Shown here: positions 17,357 through 26,419 of the stretch, piece by piece
Numbering within the stretch: position 1 is the stretch's first letter
Layout of the letters: every line of letters starts with the position of its first letter
Source of the DNA: Alkalilimnicola ehrlichii MLHE-1
GTDB lineage: Bacteria; Pseudomonadota; Gammaproteobacteria; Nitrococcales; Halorhodospiraceae
Assembly: GCF_000014785.1 (NCBI RefSeq)
Contig: NC_008340.1
Coordinates: 600,001 to 632,000, forward strand
Direction of reading: 5' to 3'
DNA: 32,000 bases
Notes under the pieces: generated by a model
The model's input: the letters and a program-made list of their open reading frames with translations, nothing else
Databases searched by the model: none
Told to the model about the DNA's origin: nothing
Program-made: the position numbers and the translations under genes

Positions 17357-17856
17357 GTGCGCTTACCACCCTGTCGTTGCCGCTTCCCGACGAGGAGGCC
17401 ACCCGCGCCCTGGGCGCGGCGCTGGCCGAGACGGTGCCCGCCGGGCTGGTCTGTCTTTACGGCGAACTCGGTGCCGGCAAGACCACCCTGGTGCGCGGGC
17501 TGCTCCGGCACCTGGGGCACGCCGGCGCGGTCCGCAGCCCCACCTACACGCTGGTGGAGAGCTACCAGCCGGGAGGGCGCCGCGTCCACCACCTGGACCT
17601 CTACCGGCTGGGCCACCCGGAGGAGCTGGAGTTCATCGGCTTGCGCGACCTGCTGCAGCCGACCGATACGGTGTTGGTGGAGTGGCCGGAGCGGGGCGAG
17701 GGGGTGCTGCCGAGCCCTGTGCTCTCTATCACGCTATCCCACACCGGCACCAGCCGCGAGGCGCGGCTGGAGCGGGGCGCGGGGGGGCAGGCGGTGGACC
17801 TGATAAAGGTTCACCTGGTTTACCAGGAGTTTTCTGCAACACACCATTCTGACTGA
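17353..17856 (+). CDS. tsaE: tRNA t6A37 biosynthesis ATPase TsaE
   Basis: 167 aa ORF. The GTG start overlaps the nnr stop (GTGA). Walker A GELGAGKTTLVRGL, SPTYTLV and HLDLYRL motifs. Confidence 0.92.
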   Translation: MSALTTLSLPLPDEEATRALGAALAETVPAGLVCLYGELGAGKTTLVRGLLRHLGHAGAVRSPTYTLVESYQPGGRRVHHLDLYRLGHPEELEFIGLRDLLQPTDTVLVEWPERGEGVLPSPVLSITLSHTGTSREARLERGAGGQAVDLIKVHLVYQEFSATHHSD

Positions 17857-17929
17857 AGATTCCCTTGAAAAGTGCCTGGGGGTGTGTCTTACTGAAGGGC
17901 GTACCACCTCTACTTTCAGGCGCTGTCCC

Positions 17930-19288
17930 ATGTCGTTGCCCAATCCGTTGCAATGGTCGATCATTATCGGGCTCCTGCTGCTCTGCCATTCGGCGCTGCT
18001 CTCGGCGCAGACCGAGGTCAGCGGCGTGCGTGCCTCCGACTCCGGGGACACCACCCGGGTGGTCTTCGATCTGGGCGGGGCGGTGGAGCACAAGGCCTTC
18101 ACCCTGGCCGATCCCCATCGGGTGGTGATCGACATCCGCGGCGCCCGGGCCGCCAGTGACCTGACCCTGACCGGGCAGGGCGTGGTCGAGCGCCTGCGCT
18201 CGGGCGCCCGGGGTGATGGCGACCTGCGCCTGGTGCTGGACCTTACCGAACAGGTGCGCCCGCGCACCTTCCTGGTGGCCCCCGGCAACGGTCGCGGACA
18301 CCGGCTGGTGGTGGACCTCGAGCCCCACGGTCGGCGCGATGCCGAGTCCGCCGGGCGCTCGGCCGATTCCCAAAGCCGTTCCGGAGCCCGTGCCGAGCCC
18401 ACCCGTTCGGTGGGCAACGGTACGCGCCAGCGGGACCTGGTGGTGGCCATCGATGCGGGCCACGGCGGGGTGGATCCGGGCGCCATCGGCCCCGGCGGCA
18501 CCTTCGAAAAGGACATCGCCCTCCAGGTCGCACGGCGGCTGGCCCGGCTGCTGGAGGACAAGCCCGGTCTCCGGCCGCTGATGATCCGCGATGGCGATTA
18601 CTACATGGGGTTGCGTGACCGGACCCGAAAGGCGCGCGAGAACAACGCCGATCTGTTCGTCTCCATCCATGCCGATGCCCTGGATGATCGCCGGGTGCGC
18701 GGCAGCTCCGTCTACGTGCTCTCCGAGCAGGGCGCCACCTCGGAGGCGGCGCGCATGCTGGCGCAGCGTGAGAACGCCGCCGACTTTATCGGCGGCGTCT
18801 CGCTCAAGGACAAGGACGACATGGTCGCCTCGGTGCTGGTGGATCTCTCCCGCGCAGCCACGGTCGAGTCCAGCCTGGAGCTGGGTGACAAGGCCCTGGA
18901 GGAACTGGGCCGGACCAACCGCCTGTTGCGCGGCCGGGTTGAGCAGGCGGGCTTCGCCGTGCTCAAGAGTCTGGATATGCCCTCCATGCTGGTGGAGCTG
19001 GGCTTTATCTCCAACCCCGAGGAGGAGCGCCTGCTCAGGCAGGCTGAACACCAGCAGAACCTGGCCCGGGCCCTGGCGCGGTCCATCGAGCGCTACGCCG
19101 AGGACGTCATGCTGCCCGAGCTGCGTATGGCCGGGGACGAGGCCGGGGGGCAGGAGTACGTGGTCCGTCGCGGCGATACCCTCAGCGCCATTGCCCAACG
19201 GCACGACGTCAGCGTCGGCCGGCTGCGCGCCGCCAATGATCTCAACGGCGACAACATCGTGGTGGGCCGTACCCTGGTGATACCATAG
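17930..19288 (+). CDS. amiB: N-acetylmuramoyl-L-alanine amidase (AMIN domain + Amidase_3 + C-terminal LysM)
   Basis: Frame of ORF 17882..19288. ATG 17930 gives the signal peptide MSLPNPLQWSIIIGLLLLCHSALLSAQT. Also has an AMIN-like TRVVFDL...VVIDI, Amidase_3 motifs IDAGHGG, SIHADA and LVELGFISN, and LysM YVVRRGDTLSAIAQRH. Symbol assigned by tsaE-amiB-mutL synteny. Confidence 0.88.
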   Translation: MSLPNPLQWSIIIGLLLLCHSALLSAQTEVSGVRASDSGDTTRVVFDLGGAVEHKAFTLADPHRVVIDIRGARAASDLTLTGQGVVERLRSGARGDGDLRLVLDLTEQVRPRTFLVAPGNGRGHRLVVDLEPHGRRDAESAGRSADSQSRSGARAEPTRSVGNGTRQRDLVVAIDAGHGGVDPGAIGPGGTFEKDIALQVARRLARLLEDKPGLRPLMIRDGDYYMGLRDRTRKARENNADLFVSIHADALDDRRVRGSSVYVLSEQGATSEAARMLAQRENAADFIGGVSLKDKDDMVASVLVDLSRAATVESSLELGDKALEELGRTNRLLRGRVEQAGFAVLKSLDMPSMLVELGFISNPEEERLLRQAEHQQNLARALARSIERYAEDVMLPELRMAGDEAGGQEYVVRRGDTLSAIAQRHDVSVGRLRAANDLNGDNIVVGRTLVIP

Positions 19289-19293
19289 GGTCA

Positions 19294-21204
19294 ATGGTCA
19301 GGCCCATACAGCAACTGCCCCTGCAGCTCGTCAACCAGATCGCCGCCGGCGAGGTGGTGGAGCGCCCGGCGTCCGTGCTCAAGGAGCTGGTGGAGAACAG
19401 CCTGGATGCCGGTGCCCGGAGCCTTGCGGTGGAGTTGGAGCAGGGCGGCAAGCGCCTGATACGGGTGCGCGATGATGGCAACGGCATCCCCCGCGAGCAG
19501 CTCGGCCTGGCGCTGCGGCGCCACGCCACCAGTAAGATCACGTCGCTGAGTGAGCTGGAGCAGGTGGTCAGTCTGGGGTTTCGCGGTGAGGCGCTGCCGA
19601 GCATCGGTGCGGTCTCCCGGCTCCGGCTGATCTCCCGGCCGCCCGGGGCTGAGCACGCCTGGGCGGTGCGCACCGATGGCGACAGCGAGCCCGCCGGGCC
19701 CGAGCCGGCGGCGCATCCGCCGGGGACCACCGTCGAGGTGCGTGACCTTTTCTTCAACACCCCCGGTCGACGCAAATTCCTGCGCACCGACCGCACCGAG
19801 TTCAGCCATGCCCAGGAGGCCCTGCGGCGCCTGGCGCTGGGGCGCTTCGACGTGGCCTTCCGGCTGCAGCACAACGGGCGCACCGTGCTCGACCTGCCGC
19901 CGGCCGGTGACCGGGCCGGCGCCGAGCGGCGGCTGGGTGAGCTCCTCGGTGAGGGCTTCCTGGGTGAGTGTATCCACCTGGAGTGTGCCGCCGCCGGCCT
20001 GAAGCTGAGCGGCTGGCTGGCGCTGCCCACCTTTTCCCGCAGCCAGGGGGATCTGCAGTATTTCTATGTCAACGGCCGCATGATCCGCGATCGCATGGCC
20101 GGCCACGCCCTGCGTCGGGCCTACGCCGACGTGCTCTACCGCGACCGCTTCCCCGCCTACCTGCTCTACCTGGACCTGGACCCCGACCGGGTGGACGTGA
20201 ACGTGCACCCCACCAAGCACGAGGTGCGCTTCCGCGACAGTCGGTTGGTCTATGATTTTCTGTTCCGACAGGTGCGGGAGGCGCTGGCTCGCGTCAGCCC
20301 TGCTACGGCGTCCGGGGTGCAGCCACCGCAGGGGTCGGTGGCGTCGGCCGAGGGGCCGCGCAGCTTGGCCGCTGCCGCGGGGGAACGGTGGGGTGGGGCC
20401 GCACCAGCCGCTGGCGCCGCGCCAACGGCCCGGCGATCGCCACACCAGCACGGCCTGGGGTTGCCGCTGGAGGAGGCCCGGTTGCTCTATGGCGAGCGCA
20501 GCAAGGCGCACGCGGCCGGCCCGGCCGTCGCGTCTCCCTCCGGCGTCGTCCGGGACGCACCTGCCGGGGAGGCCGTCGCGTGTGAGACCGGAGGTGCGGG
20601 CGATCCGACGGAACGGGGTGGCCCGCCGCTGGGCCACGCCCTGGCCCAGGTCCATGGGGTCTACATCCTGGCCCAGAACGACCAGGGCCTGGTCTTGGTG
20701 GACATGCATGCCGCCCATGAGCGGGTGGTCTACGAACGCATGAAGGCGCAACTCTCGGGCAGTGGCATCGCCAGCCAGGCCCTGCTGATGCCGGAGGGGC
20801 TGAGCGTGACGCCGGCGGAGGGCGAAGAGGTGGAGCGCGCCGGCGAGCGTTTCCGGCAACTGGGTTTTCAGGTGGACCGGGTGGCCCCGGACCGGGTGCT
20901 GGTCCGTGCGGTGCCGGCCCTGCTGGCCAATGCCGAGCCGGTCGCGCTGGTGCGTGACGTGCTGGCCGACCTCCGGACCCAGTCGCGTAGCCGCCAGGTG
21001 GAGGAGGCGCTGAACCACGTCCTGGCCACCATGGCCTGCCACGGTTCCGTGCGCGCCAACCGGCGGCTGACCCTGCCGGAGATGGACGCGCTGCTGCGCG
21101 AGATGGAGGCCACCCCGAACAGCGGCCAGTGCAACCACGGCCGGCCGACGTGGACCGTGCTGGATATGGACGCCCTGGACCGGCTGTTCATGCGGGGGCA
21201 GTGA
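19294..21204 (+). CDS. mutL: DNA mismatch repair endonuclease/ATPase MutL
   Basis: 636 aa ORF. N-terminal GHKL motifs IAAGEVVERPASVLKELVENSLDAG, DDGNGI and FRGEAL, a Pro/Ala/Gly-rich linker, and a C-terminal dimerisation domain ending CNHGRPTW. Confidence 0.96.
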   Translation: MVRPIQQLPLQLVNQIAAGEVVERPASVLKELVENSLDAGARSLAVELEQGGKRLIRVRDDGNGIPREQLGLALRRHATSKITSLSELEQVVSLGFRGEALPSIGAVSRLRLISRPPGAEHAWAVRTDGDSEPAGPEPAAHPPGTTVEVRDLFFNTPGRRKFLRTDRTEFSHAQEALRRLALGRFDVAFRLQHNGRTVLDLPPAGDRAGAERRLGELLGEGFLGECIHLECAAAGLKLSGWLALPTFSRSQGDLQYFYVNGRMIRDRMAGHALRRAYADVLYRDRFPAYLLYLDLDPDRVDVNVHPTKHEVRFRDSRLVYDFLFRQVREALARVSPATASGVQPPQGSVASAEGPRSLAAAAGERWGGAAPAAGAAPTARRSPHQHGLGLPLEEARLLYGERSKAHAAGPAVASPSGVVRDAPAGEAVACETGGAGDPTERGGPPLGHALAQVHGVYILAQNDQGLVLVDMHAAHERVVYERMKAQLSGSGIASQALLMPEGLSVTPAEGEEVERAGERFRQLGFQVDRVAPDRVLVRAVPALLANAEPVALVRDVLADLRTQSRSRQVEEALNHVLATMACHGSVRANRRLTLPEMDALLREMEATPNSGQCNHGRPTWTVLDMDALDRLFMRGQ

Positions 21205-21207
21205 CCG

Positions 21208-22161
21208 GTGAGCCACGCCGTCCGTCAGCCGGGCACGCCCCCGGTGCTCTTCCTGATGGGGCCGACCGCCACCGGCAAGACCGATTGTGCCGTGGCCCTG
21301 GCCCGGCGGCTGCCGGTGGAGATTATCAGCGTGGACTCGGCGCTGGTCTACCGGGGTATGGATATCGGCACCGCCAAGCCCTCCGCGGCCCTGCTGGCGG
21401 AGGTCCCTCACCGGCTGATCGATATCCTCGATCCCAGCGAGGCCTACTCCGCGGCCCGCTTCCGTGCCGATGCGTTGGCGGCCATCCATGAGATCCACGC
21501 TGCGGGCCGAGTGCCGCTGCTGGCCGGTGGCACCATGCTTTACTTCCGTGCCCTGGAGCACGGTCTGTCAGAGCTGCCGGAGGCCGACCCGGCCCTGCGC
21601 CGGCGGCTGGAGGGCGAGGCGGCCGCCCACGGCTGGGGTGCGCTGCACGACCGCCTGGCGGCTGTGGACCCGGAGGCGGCGGCCCGCATCCACCCCCACG
21701 ACGCCCAGCGCATCCAGCGGGCGCTGGAGGTTTGGGAACTTACCGGCCAATCCCTGTCAGAACTACAGAGGGCCGGGCGGCAGCGGCTGCCCTGGCCCAT
21801 CGGCAAGTGGGTGCTGATGCCGGAGTCACGGGGCGAACTGCACCGGCGTATCGCCCGGCGCTTCGACCAGATGCTGGCGCAAGGCTTCATCGACGAGGTG
21901 GCGGCCCTGCGCCAGCGGCCGGACCTGCATCGGGCGCTGCCGGCGATGCGCTCGGTCGGCTATCGCCAGGTCTGGGATTACCTGGACGGGTGCTATGACC
22001 GGGAAACGCTGCGCGAGCGCGGCATCGCCGCCACCCGCCAGTTCGCCAAGCGCCAGATCACCTGGCTGCGGCGGGAGCGCGGTGTGACGGCTTGGTTGAC
22101 GCCGGAACAGGCCCGCGACGGACTGCCCGAGCGGGTCGGCCGTTTCCTGTCGGGCGGTTGA
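21208..22161 (+). CDS. miaA: tRNA dimethylallyltransferase
   Basis: 317 aa ORF with a GTG start 3 nt after the mutL stop. P-loop [27 protein letters not shown], and QRQITWLR-like [10 protein letters not shown]. Confidence 0.95.
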   Translation: MSHAVRQPGTPPVLFLMGPTATGKTDCAVALARRLPVEIISVDSALVYRGMDIGTAKPSAALLAEVPHRLIDILDPSEAYSAARFRADALAAIHEIHAAGRVPLLAGGTMLYFRALEHGLSELPEADPALRRRLEGEAAAHGWGALHDRLAAVDPEAAARIHPHDAQRIQRALEVWELTGQSLSELQRAGRQRLPWPIGKWVLMPESRGELHRRIARRFDQMLAQGFIDEVAALRQRPDLHRALPAMRSVGYRQVWDYLDGCYDRETLRERGIAATRQFAKRQITWLRRERGVTAWLTPEQARDGLPERVGRFLSGG

Positions 22162-22296
22162 TGCGGTCGCGTGATGGAAGGCCTGTGATAGACTTTGGAC
22201 AGTACTGAATTTTGGGGCATGCCCGAATTTTTTGGGCGGGTAATTTGATCGACCGGCGCAAGCCCGGACAACAAGAAAGGTTTAGGAGTCAAGCTG

Positions 22297-22566
22297 ATGG
22301 CCAAGGGGCAATCGTTACAGGAACCGTTCCTGAACGCACTGCGCAAGGAAAAGGTGCCGGTATCCATTTATCTGGTCAATGGGATTAAACTGCAGGGGCA
22401 GATTGAATCGTTCGACCAGTTCGTGATTCTGCTCCGTAACAACGTCAATCAGATGGTGTACAAGCACGCCATCTCCACCGTCGTTCCGGCTCGCAACGTG
22501 CGCACCGCGCCGCCGGTCCCGACGGAGACCCACGCACAGTCCAGCGAGGAATTCGGCAATATCTGA
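22297..22566 (+). CDS. hfq: RNA chaperone Hfq
   Basis: 89 aa [49 protein letters not shown] is the canonical Sm1/Sm2 core. Strong SD AGGAG sits 8 nt upstream. Confidence 0.98.
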   Translation: MAKGQSLQEPFLNALRKEKVPVSIYLVNGIKLQGQIESFDQFVILLRNNVNQMVYKHAISTVVPARNVRTAPPVPTETHAQSSEEFGNI

Positions 22567-22597
22567 AGCCACCCCCACAAACACGGCCCCTGCGGCC

Positions 22598-23896
22598 CTG
22601 TTCGAGCGCCCCGAGGGGGGCGAGCGGGCGTTGCTCATCCATCTGGACCTGGACGGTGACCCGCGGGATACCCTGGATGAGTTCCAGGCACTCGCTGAGT
22701 CGGCCGGGGCCGAGGTGGTGGACGCGGTCCGCCACCGCCGGCACAGCCCGGATCCCCGTTTCTTTTTGGGGCGGGGCAAGGTCGAGGAACTCGCCGCGCG
22801 TATCCCCGCGGAAGGGATCGACCTGGTCCTGATCGACCACGCCATCAGTCCGGCGCAGGAGCGTAACTTGGAGCGGGCGTTCCGCTGCCGGGTGCTGGAC
22901 CGTACCGGCCTGATCCTCGATATCTTTGCCCAGCGGGCTCGCTCCCATGAGGGCAAGCTGCAGGTGGAGTTGGCCCAGCTGCGCCACATCGCCAGCCGAT
23001 TGGTCCGCGGCTGGTCGCACCTGGAGCGCCAGAAAGGCGGGATCGGCCTTCGCGGGCCGGGTGAGACCCAGCTCGAGATGGACCGGCGCATGCTCGGCAC
23101 GCGCATCAAGCAACTGGAGCGCAAGCTGGAGAAGGTGCGCCGCCAGCGCGCCCAGGGCCGGCAGGCGCGTCGGCGCCAGGAGTTTCCGGTGGTCTCGCTG
23201 GTCGGCTACACCAACGCCGGCAAGTCCACGCTGTTCAACGCCCTGACCGGTTCCGGCCTCTACGCCGACGACCGCCTTTTCGCTACCCTGGACACCACCC
23301 TGCGACGGCTGGAACTCCCGGACGGCCAGCCGGTCATACTGGCGGATACGGTCGGTTTTATCAGTGACCTGCCGCACGGCCTGGTGGCCGCCTTCCGCTC
23401 CACTCTGGAGGAGGTGGGTGAATCCGATCTGCTGCTGCATGTGGTGGACGCAGCCGATCCGGATCGCCGAGAGCACGCGCGCCAGGTGCAGCAGGTACTG
23501 GCCGACATAGGCGCCAGCGAGGTGCCGGTGTTGACGGTGTACAATAAGGCCGACCTCTGCCAACACCCGGTCGGTATCCTCCGCGACGACCGCGAGGCCC
23601 CCGAGGCGGTCTGGGTGTCGGCGGCCGCGGGCCGCGGGCTCGACGAGCTTGAGGAGGCCGTGGCCGAGTGCCTGGGCGGTGGCCGCGTACGGGGCCGCGT
23701 GCGGCTGCCGGCCCACCAGGGGCGGCTGCGGGCCCGGTTCTATCAGCTCGGCCAGGTCCTGGACGAGCGGGTGGAGGAGGACGGTGTGATCGACCTGCTG
23801 GTGGACCTGCCCCGGCGCGAACTGGACCGGTTGCGGAGCAACGAGGGGCTTACAGCGCCCCTGGAGACTGAGACTGCGCTACACGACCCATCCTGA
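22598..23896 (+). CDS. hflX: GTPase HflX (probable CTG initiation)
   Basis: Frame of ORF 22631..23896. G motifs GYTNAGKSTLFN, DTVGF and NKAD. The conserved N-terminus LFERPEGGERALLIHL (E. coli MFDRYDAGEQAVLVHI) begins at CTG 22598, upstream of the first TTG/ATG/GTG in frame. Confidence 0.9.
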   Translation: MFERPEGGERALLIHLDLDGDPRDTLDEFQALAESAGAEVVDAVRHRRHSPDPRFFLGRGKVEELAARIPAEGIDLVLIDHAISPAQERNLERAFRCRVLDRTGLILDIFAQRARSHEGKLQVELAQLRHIASRLVRGWSHLERQKGGIGLRGPGETQLEMDRRMLGTRIKQLERKLEKVRRQRAQGRQARRRQEFPVVSLVGYTNAGKSTLFNALTGSGLYADDRLFATLDTTLRRLELPDGQPVILADTVGFISDLPHGLVAAFRSTLEEVGESDLLLHVVDAADPDRREHARQVQQVLADIGASEVPVLTVYNKADLCQHPVGILRDDREAPEAVWVSAAAGRGLDELEEAVAECLGGGRVRGRVRLPAHQGRLRARFYQLGQVLDERVEEDGVIDLLVDLPRRELDRLRSNEGLTAPLETETALHDPS

Positions 23897-23904
23897 ACCC
23901 CGCC

Positions 23905-23934
23905 TTGCGGGAACAGCGACGCTCTCATTACAAT
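23905..23934 (+). promoter_or_regulatory. Candidate internal sigma70 promoter upstream of hflK
   Basis: TTGCGG (23905-23910), 18-nt spacer, TACAAT (23929-23934), ~57 nt before the hflK ATG. This is a consensus match only. Confidence 0.3.
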
Positions 23935-23991
23935 CATCGGTTGCGCTTTGCAGCGCAGGCGGATCCAACCTTTTAAACCACGGAGACATCC

Positions 23992-25371
23992 ATGGCGTGG
24001 AATGAGCCAGGTGGCGGTAACCGCGATCCCTGGGGTGGCGGCAACCGCGGTGGCGGGGGCGGCGACAACCAGGGGCCGCCCGACCTCGATGAGGCCATCA
24101 ACAAGGTGCGCGACAAGGTCACCCAGCTTTTCGGTGGCAAGAAGGGCGGCGGTGCCGGCAACGGCGGCGGTTCCGGTCAGGGCTTCAAAGGGCCTGGCGC
24201 CAAGGGTATTGCCCTGCTTGGCGGTCTGGTGATCGCCGGTTGGCTCGCCTCCGGTATCTATATCGTGGACGAGGGGCAGCGTGGGGTGGAGCTGACCTTT
24301 GGTGCCAACACCGGCGTCACCCAGCCCGGTCCGCACTGGCACTTCCCGCGTCCCATTGGCAGCGTCGAGCGGGTGGACGTCTCCGAGGTGCGCACCATCG
24401 AGATCGGTTACGAGTCCATGGGCGAGCGGACCCGATCGGTGCTGCGCGAGGCCCTGATGCTCACCCGGGACGAGAACATCGTGAACCTCAAGGTGGCGGT
24501 GCAATACCGGGTGAGCGACCCGGCCAACTATCTGTTCAACTTCCGCTTTCCGGATGACACCCTGAAGCAGCTCGCGGAGAGCGCGTTGCGCGAGGTGGTG
24601 GGTAAGGCCGAGGCGCCCGAGGACGTGGAGATCGGCCCGGGGGAGGACTTTGGCCAGCTCGCCGATGAACTGGCCGATCAGCTTACCGAGGAGGAGTTGC
24701 AGGCGCTGATGACGGGGGCCGACGAGACGGCCCGCGCCCACATCACACCGCTGGAATGGGTGCTCACCCAGGGCCGTGCCCAGGTGGCGGATGAGTCGGA
24801 GCGGCTCATTCAGGAGGCGCTGGACCGCTACCAGGCCGGGATCACCCTGGTCCGGGTCGCCATCCAGGACGCCCAGCCGCCGGAAGAGGTGCAGCCGGCC
24901 TTCGCCGACGCCATCCGTGCCCGCGAGGACCAGCAGCGCACCATCAGCCGCGCCCGTGCCTATGCTAATGCACTGCTCCCGCGTGCCGAGGGTCAAGCGG
25001 CCCGCCAGCGGGAGGAGGCCCAGGCCTACCGCGATCAGGTGATCGCACGGGCCCAGGGTGAATCCGAGCGCTTCACCGCCCTGCTTAACGAGTACGAGCG
25101 GGCGCCGCAGGTGACCCGCCAGCGGCTCTACCTGGAGACCATGGAGCGGGTGTTGGGCAACAGCAGCAAGATCATGATCGATGTCGAGGGTGGTCAGCCG
25201 CTGATGTACCTGCCGCTGGACCGTATGATCGACCGGCGTGGCGTCGAGCAGGACGGGGAGGACAACGACGAGGCGCGCGACCTGTCCATGGCCCCGCCGC
25301 TGGGCGGCCGGGACGCGGTCACGCCCACCGAGCGCGCGCGTGACTCGCTGCGGACCCGGGAGGTGCGCTGA
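23992..25371 (+). CDS. hflK: FtsH protease modulator HflK (SPFH/band-7) with a lineage-specific acidic insertion
   Basis: 459 aa ORF with SD GGAGA. Gly-rich N-terminus, one TM segment (IALLGGLVIAGWLASGIY), and an SPFH core with QDAQPPEEVQPAF and RLYLETMERVLGN as in E. coli HflK. Confidence 0.95.
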   Translation: MAWNEPGGGNRDPWGGGNRGGGGGDNQGPPDLDEAINKVRDKVTQLFGGKKGGGAGNGGGSGQGFKGPGAKGIALLGGLVIAGWLASGIYIVDEGQRGVELTFGANTGVTQPGPHWHFPRPIGSVERVDVSEVRTIEIGYESMGERTRSVLREALMLTRDENIVNLKVAVQYRVSDPANYLFNFRFPDDTLKQLAESALREVVGKAEAPEDVEIGPGEDFGQLADELADQLTEEELQALMTGADETARAHITPLEWVLTQGRAQVADESERLIQEALDRYQAGITLVRVAIQDAQPPEEVQPAFADAIRAREDQQRTISRARAYANALLPRAEGQAARQREEAQAYRDQVIARAQGESERFTALLNEYERAPQVTRQRLYLETMERVLGNSSKIMIDVEGGQPLMYLPLDRMIDRRGVEQDGEDNDEARDLSMAPPLGGRDAVTPTERARDSLRTREVR

Positions 25372-26267
25372 TGAATCAGATGATTAAGTCGGTATTGATA
25401 CCGGTTGTGGTGGTGGCCGCCATCCTGGCCTATTTCTCCGTGTTTACGGTGGACGAGCGGGAGTTCGCCCTGAAGTTCCGCCTGGGTGAGGTCGTGCGCG
25501 ATGACTTCGAGCCCGGGTTGCACTTCAAGCTGCCCTTCGTCAATAACGTGCGCAAGTTCGACCGCCGGGTGCAGACCCTGGACGCCGAGCCGCAGCGCTT
25601 TCTCACCGCGGAGAACAAGAACCTGATCGTCGACTCCTTCGTGAAGTGGCGGATCAGTGATCCCACCCGGTTCTATGTCTCGTTTGCCGGTGGCGACTTC
25701 CAGCGTGCCAACTCACGGCTGCGCGAGATCGTCCAGCAGGGGCTGCGCGACGAGTTTGGTCAGCGCACGGTGGAGAACGTGATCTCCGGCGAACGCGTCG
25801 AGATCATGGAGATCCTGCGCGAGCGGTCCGCGGAATCGGTCGAGGACGTGGGGATCGCGGTGCTGGATGTGCGGCTCAAGCGCATCGACCTGCCGGAGGA
25901 CGTCAACGAGTCCATCTTCCAGCGTATGGCGGCTGAGCGTGAGCGTGTGGCCCGCGAACTGCGGGCCCTTGGTGAGGAGGCGGGCGAGCGTATCCGCGCC
26001 GATGCCGACCGCCAGCGCACGGTCATCCTGGCCGAGGCCTATCGTGATGCCGAGCGCCTGCGTGGTGATGGTGACGCCCAGTCGGCCGCCATCTACGCCG
26101 CGGCGTACAACGACAACCCGGAGTTCTACGCCTTCCACCGCAGCCTGGGGGCCTACAGTCAGACCTTCCGGAGCAAGGAGGACATGCTGGTGCTCTCACC
26201 GGACAGTGAGTTCTTCCGGTACTTCAACACCAACGGTCTGGAACTCCCCTTAGGGGCCGATGAGTGA
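25371..26267 (+). CDS. hflC: FtsH protease modulator HflC (SPFH/band-7)
   Basis: 298 aa ORF. The ATG overlaps the hflK stop (TGATG). N-terminal TM segment, then FTVDEREFALKFRLGEV, VLDVRLKRIDLPE and EFYAFHRSL. Confidence 0.95.
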   Translation: MNQMIKSVLIPVVVVAAILAYFSVFTVDEREFALKFRLGEVVRDDFEPGLHFKLPFVNNVRKFDRRVQTLDAEPQRFLTAENKNLIVDSFVKWRISDPTRFYVSFAGGDFQRANSRLREIVQQGLRDEFGQRTVENVISGERVEIMEILRERSAESVEDVGIAVLDVRLKRIDLPEDVNESIFQRMAAERERVARELRALGEEAGERIRADADRQRTVILAEAYRDAERLRGDGDAQSAAIYAAAYNDNPEFYAFHRSLGAYSQTFRSKEDMLVLSPDSEFFRYFNTNGLELPLGADE

Positions 26268-26309
26268 ACCCCGCGGCGTCTTCCTAAAGGCGAGCTTTCG
26301 ACTAAAGCC

Positions 26310-26337
26310 GGGCCGGGCCGTAAGGCCCGGCCTTTTT
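26310..26337 (+). terminator. Strong rho-independent terminator after hflC
   Basis: GGCCGGGCC-GTAA-GGCCCGGCC (perfect 9-bp GC stem, GNRA-type tetraloop) followed by TTTTTT. Confidence 0.9.
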
Positions 26338-26419
26338 TATGACAGGCAAACGGGTATCATGCTCAGCGAACGTGCGGACCTGTACCCTGCCGTCTTTTTC
26401 CGGAACTGAAGGACTTCCC

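Noticed and set aside
19291-21561. A 756 aa ORF antisense to mutL and miaA. Similar long antisense ORFs occur at 3026..4558, 5764..7263, 7237..8409, 10749..11711, 11843..13030, 12985..13944, 14851..16065, 15956..17263, 17729..19294, 22445..23716, 23743..24996, 26363..27658, 28010..29062, 29897..30808 and 30998..31942.
   Set aside because: Each lies opposite a gene with unmistakable homology and motifs. Their translations are Arg/Gly/Ala/Pro/His-rich low-complexity sequence with no recognisable domains. Stop-free antisense frames are expected in a genome with very high GC3. I see no evidence for overlapping genes.
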